NCBI GenBank assembly: GCA_044346175.1
Contig: JBIIZQ010000005.1
Coordinates: forward strand, 86,985 to 150,984
Direction: 5' to 3'
DNA from: Vampirovibrionales bacterium
Lineage (GTDB): Bacteria > Cyanobacteriota > Vampirovibrionia > Vampirovibrionales > JAJTHC01
Length of the DNA: 64,000 nucleotides
The translations under genes were made by a program, and so were the position numbers. The first letter of the stretch is position 1. Every line of letters starts with the position of its first letter. The notes under the pieces were generated by a model. It did no database searches and was not told the DNA's origin. It was given only the letters and a program-made list of their open reading frames with translations. This document shows, one piece after another, positions 35,508 to 43,975 of this stretch.

Positions 35508-35849
35508 TTAACCAGGTGGCCACCGCAACGGACGACCCGCTAGAACGTGCATATGCCAGTGAAAGACGCTTTGACCAGCAGAGTCACCCGTGTTGGTGAC
35601 GAGACGATACGACGTAATCCCGTGGGCTTGGAGTGCCTGTTGGGTAGCAGACATGACATGCTGAAACACGGTGGGGTCAGTGACTTCAAGATGAGAAGCC
35701 ACATGGGTTTTAGGAATCACGAGCCAATGCACAGGGGCTTGAGGCATAACATCCTCAAACACCAAGGCTTCAGGGGTTTCAAGAATGATTTTAGCAGGAA
35801 TCTCACCCGCTACAATTTTACAAAAAATACATTGAGGGTCTTTCGACAT
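35508..35849 (-). CDS. HIT-family (HinT-like) nucleotide hydrolase
   Basis: CIFCKIVAGEIPA and the histidine triad HWHMHVLAG. Confidence 0.9.
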   Translation of the reverse strand: MSKDPQCIFCKIVAGEIPAKIILETPEALVFEDVMPQAPVHWLVIPKTHVASHLEVTDPTVFQHVMSATQQALQAHGITSYRLVTNTGDSAGQSVFHWHMHVLAGRPLRWPPG

Positions 35850-35891
35850 GGTGTTTTAAGTCTTTTTTCTCATGATTAAGGGAAGGCATCC

Positions 35892-35929
35892 CCCCGCTTT
35901 TTACAAACATGTACCCGAAAAAGCGAGGG
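35892..35929 (-). terminator. Hairpin just downstream of the FNR gene
   Basis: CCCCGCTTTTT...AAAAAGCGAGGG, with a 15-nt loop and no clear U-tract. Confidence 0.3.
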
Positions 35930-35952
35930 AAACCATTGTAAGCTTAAGATGG

Positions 35953-36864
35953 TTAGTATACTTCTACCATCCAACGCCCTGATTGCTGAAGCCCTACTAG
36001 GATACTCTCCCAAGAGAGTCCTTTGGCCTGTGCAGCTTGCTCCAAGGCTTCAAAAATGCCTGGTTCCATACCACGAAGCCCACAAATATAAAAATAGGTG
36101 TTGTCTTCAAGGAGTAAATCAAGGACACTATTGGCGTGTTCTGCAATCCGATGCTGGACATACATACGGTTGCCTTCACTGGTTTTTTCTTCACGACTCC
36201 GTGCCGTAATGACTTGGCATGTACCTGGGTTCTGGGTGGCATAGGCTTGTAGCTCGTCTTCATAAAGCATGTCAGCCTGTTTCTGCACGCCAAAAAATAG
36301 CATGGTTTTGCCTGTTTGTTGAGGATGTTGTACGTAACGCCAGTGCATAAACGCACGGAAAGGTGCAATGCCTGTACCTGTGGCAACCATAATCATGTTG
36401 GGGTTGGCGTGTTGTGGGGGTAAAAAGGCTTTTCCGACAGGTCCTGTGACCATCACTTTTTGACCTACTTCAAGGTCGCAAATAAAGCTGGAGCAAACGC
36501 CTTGGATGGTTTCGCCTGATTCGTTTTGATACACGAGTCGTTTTACGCATACGGTGACAGTTTCGCCGTTGCCATCATCCCCAACAGAGGGTGACGCAAT
36601 CGAGTAAAGACGGAGTTTGTGGGCTTTGCCTGTTTTTTCGTCAATCCCTGGGGGTAAAATACCTACACTTTGTCCTTCCAAATAGCGATATTGGCTTCCT
36701 TTAAGGCTCAATACCACATGTTTCACATCGTTGTCTGAATGGTCTGCTGTGAGGCGCTTGACTTCAAGCACTTCGGCTTCCCAAGGGGCGTTCGGTTTGT
36801 AGAGGTTTGAGGGAATCGCTGCAAGGTCAGCAATGACGGCACCGCCGTGACCACTCATCATCAT
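35953..36864 (-). CDS. Plant/plastid-type ferredoxin-NADP+ reductase (303 aa, no N-terminal linker domain)
   Basis: RLYSIASPS, GTGIAPFRAF, YICGLRGME and a C-terminal ...VEVY ending on Tyr. The start is taken at ATGATGATG (36864) with GAAAGGA 11 nt upstream. The ORF-track start at 36948 adds 28 unlikely residues. Confidence 0.88.
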   Translation of the reverse strand: MMMSGHGGAVIADLAAIPSNLYKPNAPWEAEVLEVKRLTADHSDNDVKHVVLSLKGSQYRYLEGQSVGILPPGIDEKTGKAHKLRLYSIASPSVGDDGNGETVTVCVKRLVYQNESGETIQGVCSSFICDLEVGQKVMVTGPVGKAFLPPQHANPNMIMVATGTGIAPFRAFMHWRYVQHPQQTGKTMLFFGVQKQADMLYEDELQAYATQNPGTCQVITARSREEKTSEGNRMYVQHRIAEHANSVLDLLLEDNTYFYICGLRGMEPGIFEALEQAAQAKGLSWESILVGLQQSGRWMVEVY

Positions 36865-37158
36865 GGGAGGAGGTATCCTTTCGTGAACACTGGGTATCTT
36901 ATAGTAGGGGATGGAAGGGGTTACACAGGGGTTAATGTAAACATACATTATGGGTGGGATGGTTCCTGTACGGTGGGCTTTATGAAGCGACTTTCAAGAG
37001 GCTAGACCCCCGACTGGCACCATCTTACCATGCTAGCATAACACAACGTATGCTCTGAAGAGCGTTTATCCATACGATACAGGATATCCTAAAGGATATG
37101 AAGATAGTTACATTATTTTGGCAAAACGCACTCTTGTTGGAAAGTCTATGGTACTACG

Positions 37159-37575
37159 ATGCAAAGCATGTCCCGTTTTGGTGCCTCTCCACCCGCTTAC
37201 AGTATGCCTGAGCCTATTGGCACATGGATGAAAAACAAAAGCCCTTTTACGCCAAGGTATCAGGGGCAAAGTGAGGCACAGGCTTTCCAAGATTGGTTTG
37301 GCAATATGTGGGACTCAGTGAGTAACACGGACAAAGATGATGTTTATATGGAAAGTGTCTCAAAGACGATTCATCAAGACCTGCTGGATGCGGCTCCAAA
37401 ATATCCTGAAAAACAGAAAAAGTCTAAGGCAATGCTTTTCTGGGACAGCTATGGCAAAGATTGGAAAACATGGCTTGCAGCCCTTGGTGGACTGTATCTT
37501 TTGAAAAGTAGCTTGCCCATGCTTGAGAATATCGCACGGCTCATGTGGCAAAAAGCCCCTAAAGCCAAGCCTTAA
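37159..37575 (+). CDS. Orphan protein (138 aa) with a C-terminal hydrophobic helix
   Basis: An ORF only. WLAALGGLYLLKSSLPML near the C-terminus. Confidence 0.4.
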   Translation: MQSMSRFGASPPAYSMPEPIGTWMKNKSPFTPRYQGQSEAQAFQDWFGNMWDSVSNTDKDDVYMESVSKTIHQDLLDAAPKYPEKQKKSKAMLFWDSYGKDWKTWLAALGGLYLLKSSLPMLENIARLMWQKAPKAKP

Positions 37576-37610
37576 TGACGGTAGTGTTTGGTATTACGCC
37601 CGTATGGGAT

Positions 37611-37677
37611 GGTTTGTAACCCTCCCGTTGTTGGATGTGTTGGTTGGAGGTGTTGGTTTCTAGGACGGTTACAAACC
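37611..37677. terminator. Long hairpin between convergent genes 37159-37575 and 37683-39533
   Basis: GGTTTGTAACC (37611-37621) pairs with GGTTACAAACC (37667-37677). The 45-nt interior contains a second CTCC...GGAG pairing. Confidence 0.4.
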
Positions 37678-37682
37678 GTCTC

Positions 37683-39533
37683 TTACGGTATGGGGTTTAT
37701 GGGTTTGGTGTCAGGGCATTGGAATATCCAACGCTTGAACCATGACATAGGCAAAATTTGTGTGGTGAGCTTAAAACACTGCTCAATGGCACGAAAAGCT
37801 TCATCGTCGGTAAAATCAAAACTGGTTTCGTTAATCCAAGCCTCCACTTCATGTTGCAACACGGGAGGGGTGAGGTTTGTCATGGTATGTTCTTGACTCA
37901 TATGAGGTAGGTCTACCCGTAAATAGCGTTCTCCAAGCCAATGTTGCAATAAGGGGCGTTGCCAAGCATGTTGTAACCCCAGTAACAGTGCAATCAAGTA
38001 CATATTTTCAAGGAGCCAATCCACAACCCCCCATCGTTCCTCTTCTTCTCCAGTGTGTCGGAGTTGATGTTCAAGTGTTCCTAGACTCAGCAGTATAATC
38101 GCTTGAGGGGCATAACCCAAGTAAGCAGAGGCTTCATGAAACGCAAGTAAATCAGGTGTATTGGCAAACAATCCACCATCGGCAAATTGTTTTTTAAGTT
38201 GGGGGATGGTTACGGTAGGAAAAAACACAGGCCCCGCACTGGTTGCTAAAGCCACTTGCCACAGCGGTGTATCCCAGAGTGCTTCCGTGGTAGTAGGTTC
38301 TTCAGGACGAGGGTAATAGGTGCTTTGAGGGTCTCTAAAATAGAAGGGGGTACCGTCTGTAAGGTCGGTTGTGGGAATCAGTACATGAGGACACTGCGGG
38401 TTTTGTAAGTCGTTGAGTGTATACTGCCTTTGGGTTTCTGGATTGGTAAAAAGGGTTTTGAGCGATGCTTTAAGCTGATTATTTTTATAAATAGGATGAT
38501 GCAAAACGCCTGGTAAAAAGAGGCTTTTCCCACCCCAAAGTTGCCGAATCGGCCAAAAGAGTGTATCAATCATGGGACTAAGGACATTATTCCCCCATAC
38601 CCAAAGCGATTCTCCGAGGGTACGCCAAAAGATACCGACTAACCCAAGAAAGAGGCTCACATAAAATGTCCATAGTAATGTCCACTTGGCTATATTTTGC
38701 CAAGTTTGCCATGAAGTAAGTACGCTCCAAAGTTGTAAGACCCCCTGCGGTATCAACCCTGGAAGCAGGGAAGATGGCACGGCGGTATCAGGACTTTCTA
38801 TGGGATGATGGGCATGATAGAGTGCTTTTTCAATTAAATGCACTAAATTTTCTGCCAGCAGTTGAATTGATTCAATCGGCACAACCCAATCCCAAAAAGA
38901 GAGGAGTGCTTTTTGGGTGAGCGTAAAACCACAAATTAAAAGGGCTATTAACGTAAGTACAACCCAGCCTTGTACACACCACTTCATGGTTTGTGCAAGA
39001 GGGTACCCCCATTGGGTTAATGCCCACGGTGCTTCTTCAAGAGGTCCTCGCTTAAACACCCACGCATGACGCAATGAATTATCAAAAATTTTATAGCGTG
39101 CTTCTTCTTGCCACATCTGTAATACACGCTTCATAGGAATCCCCATGGCAACGGCAAGTGCGTTAATGCCTCCTGCACTCGTACCACTGACCAAATCAAA
39201 ACACTCTCGTAGTTGTGCCTGAGGATTTTGGCTGAGTTTTTGCCAAGTCACTTCCAAAAACCACAAAAGCAACGCCGTGTAATATCCACGAATCCCCCCA
39301 CCCGATAAGCTCAACACTCGGCACTGTTGATTCCATTGTACCCCTTCAAGGAGTGGGCTGGGGGCGGTGTTTACTTGGGTATGGCACTTTAGCGGAAAAA
39401 CACTCGTAACGGTCGGTTCAGGGCGTCGGAGCGTGGGGAGTGTCTCTTCATGGCGGAGCTTACGGCGTATTCGCCGTACGGCATAGCGTGTACCTGAAGC
39501 AGAGGTATGGGTTTGAGAAAGCATCATCATCAT
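37683..39533 (-). CDS. Patatin-like phospholipase (616 aa) with hydrophobic insertions
   Basis: Oxyanion LSGGGIRGYY, nucleophile elbow SGTSAGGINA, catalytic Asp FADGGLFANTP. Two TM-like segments (VVLTLIALLICGFTL, LLWTFYVSLFLGLVGIFW) lie between the Ser and Asp motifs. Starts ATGATGATGATG. Confidence 0.8.
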   Translation of the reverse strand: MMMMLSQTHTSASGTRYAVRRIRRKLRHEETLPTLRRPEPTVTSVFPLKCHTQVNTAPSPLLEGVQWNQQCRVLSLSGGGIRGYYTALLLWFLEVTWQKLSQNPQAQLRECFDLVSGTSAGGINALAVAMGIPMKRVLQMWQEEARYKIFDNSLRHAWVFKRGPLEEAPWALTQWGYPLAQTMKWCVQGWVVLTLIALLICGFTLTQKALLSFWDWVVPIESIQLLAENLVHLIEKALYHAHHPIESPDTAVPSSLLPGLIPQGVLQLWSVLTSWQTWQNIAKWTLLWTFYVSLFLGLVGIFWRTLGESLWVWGNNVLSPMIDTLFWPIRQLWGGKSLFLPGVLHHPIYKNNQLKASLKTLFTNPETQRQYTLNDLQNPQCPHVLIPTTDLTDGTPFYFRDPQSTYYPRPEEPTTTEALWDTPLWQVALATSAGPVFFPTVTIPQLKKQFADGGLFANTPDLLAFHEASAYLGYAPQAIILLSLGTLEHQLRHTGEEEERWGVVDWLLENMYLIALLLGLQHAWQRPLLQHWLGERYLRVDLPHMSQEHTMTNLTPPVLQHEVEAWINETSFDFTDDEAFRAIEQCFKLTTQILPMSWFKRWIFQCPDTKPINPIP

Positions 39534-40064
39534 GGCGTAGGCATTGGGTACTTTCTAGCTTTAGAGCAACAGGGTGGATGACTCATAATATTCAAAAAGA
39601 AAGAGGTTACACATGCGTGAGTTTCAAAGCAGTGTGAGAGATGAGTAACCCAAGGGTTCCGCAGGGTTCTGCCTCGCATGTCCTATCGTTAAAATTTTAT
39701 GCTGAAAGTGTCCATCAATAGACCAAGCAATACACTAGGCAATACATTAAGCAAGCGATGAAGCAGCAAGGCAGCAAGAAACACGACATGTTTGAGGGCG
39801 GTGTTACGGAGGCGAGATACCGAAAGAAAAGCGTAACCAGAGAAAGAAAAAAACAGGGTGCATCCTACAATCTATGTGTTTATGGTGTAATAGAGTATCA
39901 GTATCTAAAAACCTCTTAGCATGCTATCGCTTTAGTTAGTATAAAGCAGTTAAAAAATATTTAGTGTATTTCTCCCTTTATGAGAAACCTTTTTATGAGC
40001 CGATATGCTCGCTTGTTTTTTCTGTTGCCACTCTTTCATCCGCATTAAGTAGAAATTTTTCGTT

Positions 40065-41993
40065 ATGGTTCTTCAGGCAAGCTCAATTTCTGTTCATTTC
40101 GGGGAGCATCAAGTGCTTCAGGATGTTAGTTTACAAATTACGCCTCAAAGTCGCATTGGACTTGTGGGGGTGAATGGGGGCGGAAAGTCCACGTTATTAA
40201 AGTGCTTAATGCGGGAACTAGAACCCAATGCAGGCAGCGTAAGTGCTACGCCCTATTTACGTGTACAGTGCCTCACACAAAACCCTAAACTCACCCCAGG
40301 TTTAACGCTGTATGAAGAACTTTACGGCGTGTTTAGTGCGTTTCATGAGGCAAAGGCTGAAGAGGCACGTATTCTTGAAGCCCTTGAAACCATGAACCCT
40401 GATGACATGGAGGTTGCCCTTCATCGTTTAGCAGAAGTACAAGCCATTCAAATGCACGTGAATGAGTCTCAGATTGAAGCTGATATTTATCGTATGACGG
40501 CGGGGCTTGGGTTTGAACGTCATGAGCTAGAACGTCCTGTAGAACGCTTTAGTGGGGGCTGGCAGATGCGTATTAACCTTGCAAAAGTGCTTTTGCAAGG
40601 GGCTGATATTATGTTGATGGACGAACCAACCAACCATCTTGATATGGCAGCTTGTGAATGGCTCGAATCCTTTTTAAGAAGCTATCAAGGTGGGGTGTTA
40701 GTGGTGTCTCATGACCGCCGTTTCCTCAATGAGCTAGTGACAGAAATTGCAGAGCTTGAGCGTGGGAAACTTACCCTTTATGCAGGGAATTATAGTCAAT
40801 ATATTGAACAACGAACCCTAAACCGTGAACGCCAAGCAGCGGCAGCCGAACGGCAGCAAAAAAGTATTGAAGAACAAATGCGCTTTGTAGAGCGTTTCCG
40901 TGCCAGTGCTACCAAGAGTACTCAAGCGAAGAGCCGTGAAAAACAATTGGCAAAAATTGAACGCATTGAAGCTCCTGAAGCAGAATTGAAACGCCTGAAG
41001 TTTAATTTTCCGTTTCCAAACCCCAGTGGGCGAGAAGTCCTAACGTTGCACCAAGTGAGTAAATCTTTTGGGGAGCATCACCTTTTTCAAGACCTCAATG
41101 CCCATATTGAATGGACCAAAGAAGCCCCACCACGGGTGTTTCTCTTAGGTGAGAACGGTGCTGGTAAAACCACACTCTTTAAAATGATACTAGGGCTGGA
41201 ACCTCCTACCTCAGGAGAGATTCGTTTAGAAGAACGTGTCACACCTGGGTACTATGCACAGCATCAATTACAAGTATTGGATGCCAACAAAACCCTGTTA
41301 AATACGCTTGTAGAAGTCCTTCCAAAGTCAACGCAAACCGAGATTCGTGGTATTCTAGGACGCTTTCTTTTTACAGGAGAACAGGTCTTTAATAAAGTGG
41401 GGTTACTCAGTGGGGGGGAAAAAGGTCGACTTGCCCTTGCAAAGCTCATGGTCACAGGGCCTAATTTATTATTGCTTGATGAACCAACCAACCACTTAGA
41501 CACGCCAGCCCAAGAAGCAGTGGAAGGTGCTTTATCGCAGTATCAGGGGAGTATTTTGTGTATTTCCCACGACCGGTACTTTATTCAAAGTCTTGCCACG
41601 CATATTTGGGAGATTCATCAAGGAAGGCTCATTACCTTTACAGGGAGCTATGATGAGTACTTGGAGAAACGCCCTGCCCTTATCGCTCAAGCAGAAGCCT
41701 CGGCAAAACGTGGGGGGTGCATTGTGAGTATGCCCGAACCCTCTGATGATACCGCCGAATTCACGAAAACGAATGACAAGCACACTGCAAAACAGCAGAA
41801 AAAAGCACGTCAAGCCCTTGAAAAACAGCTGAATCAGCTCACACAAGACAAAGAAAGTCTACTTTCTTTGATGGCTTCACCTGAAGTCTTACAGGACTAT
41901 GTCCGTTTACAAGCACTCACCGAGCAGTTAGAGCATTTGGAAGCCTCTTTACTCGCCACGGAGGAGGCTTGGCTGGCACTACTGGGGTCGTAA
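40065..41993 (+). CDS. ABC-F family ATPase (two ABC cassettes, no TM domain)
   Basis: GVNGGGKSTLLK / FSGGWQMR / MLMDEPTNHLD, then GENGAGKTTLFK / LSGGEKGR / LLLDEPTNHLD, and a C-terminal coiled coil. Confidence 0.9.
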   Translation: MVLQASSISVHFGEHQVLQDVSLQITPQSRIGLVGVNGGGKSTLLKCLMRELEPNAGSVSATPYLRVQCLTQNPKLTPGLTLYEELYGVFSAFHEAKAEEARILEALETMNPDDMEVALHRLAEVQAIQMHVNESQIEADIYRMTAGLGFERHELERPVERFSGGWQMRINLAKVLLQGADIMLMDEPTNHLDMAACEWLESFLRSYQGGVLVVSHDRRFLNELVTEIAELERGKLTLYAGNYSQYIEQRTLNRERQAAAAERQQKSIEEQMRFVERFRASATKSTQAKSREKQLAKIERIEAPEAELKRLKFNFPFPNPSGREVLTLHQVSKSFGEHHLFQDLNAHIEWTKEAPPRVFLLGENGAGKTTLFKMILGLEPPTSGEIRLEERVTPGYYAQHQLQVLDANKTLLNTLVEVLPKSTQTEIRGILGRFLFTGEQVFNKVGLLSGGEKGRLALAKLMVTGPNLLLLDEPTNHLDTPAQEAVEGALSQYQGSILCISHDRYFIQSLATHIWEIHQGRLITFTGSYDEYLEKRPALIAQAEASAKRGGCIVSMPEPSDDTAEFTKTNDKHTAKQQKKARQALEKQLNQLTQDKESLLSLMASPEVLQDYVRLQALTEQLEHLEASLLATEEAWLALLGS

Positions 41994-42064
41994 GTTCAGT
42001 ATCATGTTGCCTCTTATGGTTGCTCCTCATGATGACCTATCATTTTTAGAAGACGTTTTCAGAT

Positions 42065-42496
42065 ATGGCTAAACCTTCAACAAAAAATGCTGATACCGCT
42101 TACTGGTTATTAAAGAGTGAGCCTGAAACCTATAGCTATCATGACCTCTTAAAAGAGGGCATTGGCACTTGGGATGGTGTACGAAATCATCAAGCCAAAA
42201 AGAACCTACAAGCCATGCGTCTTGGCGACCAAGCACTGTTTTACCATAGTGTGAGTGAAAAAGCTGTCGTAGGCATTGTTGAGATTGTGGAAGAGGCTCA
42301 TCCTGACCCTACTGACCCCACAGGCACATGGGTTGCCGTGAAGGTGAAACCTCTTAAGTCTGTAAACCCCAGTGTGTCACTTGCCATGATTAAAGCCTGT
42401 GAAGTCTTAAAAGAGATACCTCTTATTAAACAAAGTCGTCTTTCAGTGATGCCACTGACCCCAGAAGTCTTTGAACATATTTTGTCATTATCCTAG
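42065..42496 (+). CDS. EVE (PUA-like) domain protein
   Basis: YWLLKSEPETYSY, WDGVRNHQAKKNLQAMRLGDQALFYHS. Confidence 0.85.
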   Translation: MAKPSTKNADTAYWLLKSEPETYSYHDLLKEGIGTWDGVRNHQAKKNLQAMRLGDQALFYHSVSEKAVVGIVEIVEEAHPDPTDPTGTWVAVKVKPLKSVNPSVSLAMIKACEVLKEIPLIKQSRLSVMPLTPEVFEHILSLS

Positions 42497-42514
42497 GCGT
42501 ATACTCTGCCCTCG

Positions 42515-42554
42515 TCATGAACAAAAGATGGATACCGATTTGCATCGGTATGAC
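42515..42554 (+). repeat. Hairpin repeat unit 1 (ATGAACAAAAGATGGATA-CCGAT...ATCGG-TATGAC)
   Basis: Contains the stem ATACCGAT-TTGC-ATCGGTAT. A second, longer copy lies at 42625-42672. Confidence 0.6.
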
Positions 42555-42583
42555 GGAGGTTTATGCCGCCATACCGAGGGTTT

Positions 42584-42620
42584 AACACGTCATGTCGCCG
42601 TAGGTCGCACTCAGAAAGCC
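42584..42620 (-). repeat. Dispersed hairpin repeat, degenerate copy E
   Basis: AACACGTCATGTCGCCGTAGGTCGCACTCAGAAAGCC resembles the core of copy D (CGTCATGCCGACGAAAGTCGGAATCCAGAAAG). Confidence 0.45.
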
Positions 42621-42624
42621 TACC

Positions 42625-42672
42625 GTATGAACAAAAAATGGATAATGAATACCGATTTGTACTTGGTATGAC
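42625..42672 (+). repeat. Hairpin repeat unit 2
   Basis: GTATGAACAAAAAATGGATAATGAATACCGATTTGTACTTGGTATGAC. It is colinear with unit 1 and carries a 7-nt insertion. Confidence 0.6.
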
Positions 42673-42704
42673 AAGGGTAGGTCATTACGGCTACAGGAAA
42701 TGGG

Positions 42705-43310
42705 TTATTGGTTTCTATTTTTACGTTCTTCAAGCCATTTATGGTTTGCATTTTTTCTGTCTTGAGGGATAACGTTCCCATCAGTGTCTACGTTTGCGAG
42801 TAGCCATTTTTGAGCCCCATTAGGATCTTTAGCTACTTGGGCTTTTAGGCGTGCCACTCTTAGGTTTTCTTTTTCAGCTTCTTTTTTTTCAGCTTCTTGT
42901 CTTTTATGTTGTGCCAACCAAGCACGAGGTCCTCCTGGGTATTCCTTCGTGTCTACTTCTCCAGAGACAAGTAACTTGGCAGCCTCGTGAATTGCTTTGT
43001 CTACAGGGTTGTCACCTTCTTTCGTCATCTCGACCATTTTTCTGAATGTATCTTTAGAGTCTCCTGTAATAAACTCGGCGATATTGGCTAAATCGGCTTC
43101 TTTACCTGAATAGTTAGGGGTCGTGCTACCGACATAATTCACCATCCCCTCTACTCTTTCCTCCCAAGTGGGTGGCTTGAATACCAATTTATCTTTGTCA
43201 TCAGGGGTCGTTTCTCCATACCGCTGTGTGTGGTTGACCTGTTGCGTGAGCTTCGGTTGGTAGTGAGTAGGCTTAAACGCATGGAGGGAAGAAAGTGCAG
43301 ATAAACGCAT
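42705..43310 (-). CDS. Orphan charged/helical protein (about 201 aa)
   Basis: ORF. I prefer ATG 43310 (MRLSALSS...) over the TTG at 43355. K/E-rich C-terminus (QEAEKKEAEKENLRVARLKAQ). Confidence 0.5.
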   Translation of the reverse strand: MRLSALSSLHAFKPTHYQPKLTQQVNHTQRYGETTPDDKDKLVFKPPTWEERVEGMVNYVGSTTPNYSGKEADLANIAEFITGDSKDTFRKMVEMTKEGDNPVDKAIHEAAKLLVSGEVDTKEYPGGPRAWLAQHKRQEAEKKEAEKENLRVARLKAQVAKDPNGAQKWLLANVDTDGNVIPQDRKNANHKWLEERKNRNQ

Positions 43311-43975
43311 AAAGCAACCATGTACCTTTCGTATGAGAGAGAGGGAGAGTAACAAGCATGAGAAGAGAAAAGAAAAAACAGCTTATCCGTACTTTTAGGC
43401 AGAACAATACCTGCGTTTTACACCATGGTAAAATGCAGTACATCGTAAAAAATAGGCGTACAAAATCTTGTCTTAGCCCAAAAAGCAGGGTAAGCGAAGA
43501 AGTACCTCACGTGTTTTTAGGACACGAGAAGATAAGCAATGAAGGGGTAAACCTATCTCTACTTGTGCCATAGGAACGGTGTAGAGAAATAAGGCTATTT
43601 TTAGTTTCGTCTCATATCATGACTTCATTATCACAACGTGATGATATGAGCTTTTTAATCACAAGCACAAAAGCATTATGACATATTTTTACATTTAAGC
43701 AAGTGTTTTTAATACAATAACTATTTACAAAACTTAACGGTTGTTAAAAAAAGCATGTTTGTTTGATGCCATTCAAGGCGTGAGGTGTGCGATATGACGC
43801 TGAGGAGGGGGTAGTATTTACACATGATACAAGTCAATATCCACACACCCGCATTGAAACACACGCCAAAAAACCATCGGGTGGCTTGAGTGAAGCTTTT
43901 TAAGCTATAATACAATCTATCGAATGAAACTCACGTCCTACCTGTGACGATACCTTTTGTGTCAAACCTTTCATA

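Noticed and set aside
35949-36386. ORFs 35949-36209 (+) and 35997-36386 (-, alternative frame) within the FNR gene
   Set aside because: The FNR frame carries every family motif through to the terminal Tyr. These are shadow ORFs.
37588-37896. 102-aa plus-strand ORF starting MVLRPYGM (superficially like MIFRPYGM of 31854)
   Set aside because: Its first 90 nt form the long inter-genic hairpin, and the rest is antisense to the patatin gene 3' end. The five-residue match is most likely coincidence.
43358-43573. 71-aa basic ORF in the 43.3-44.0 kb spacer
   Set aside because: K/R-rich composition from A-rich DNA, with no RBS. The spacer is better read as a divergent promoter region. A terminator-like inverted repeat CTCATATCAT...ATGATATGAG at about 43607-43655 remains unexplained but weak.
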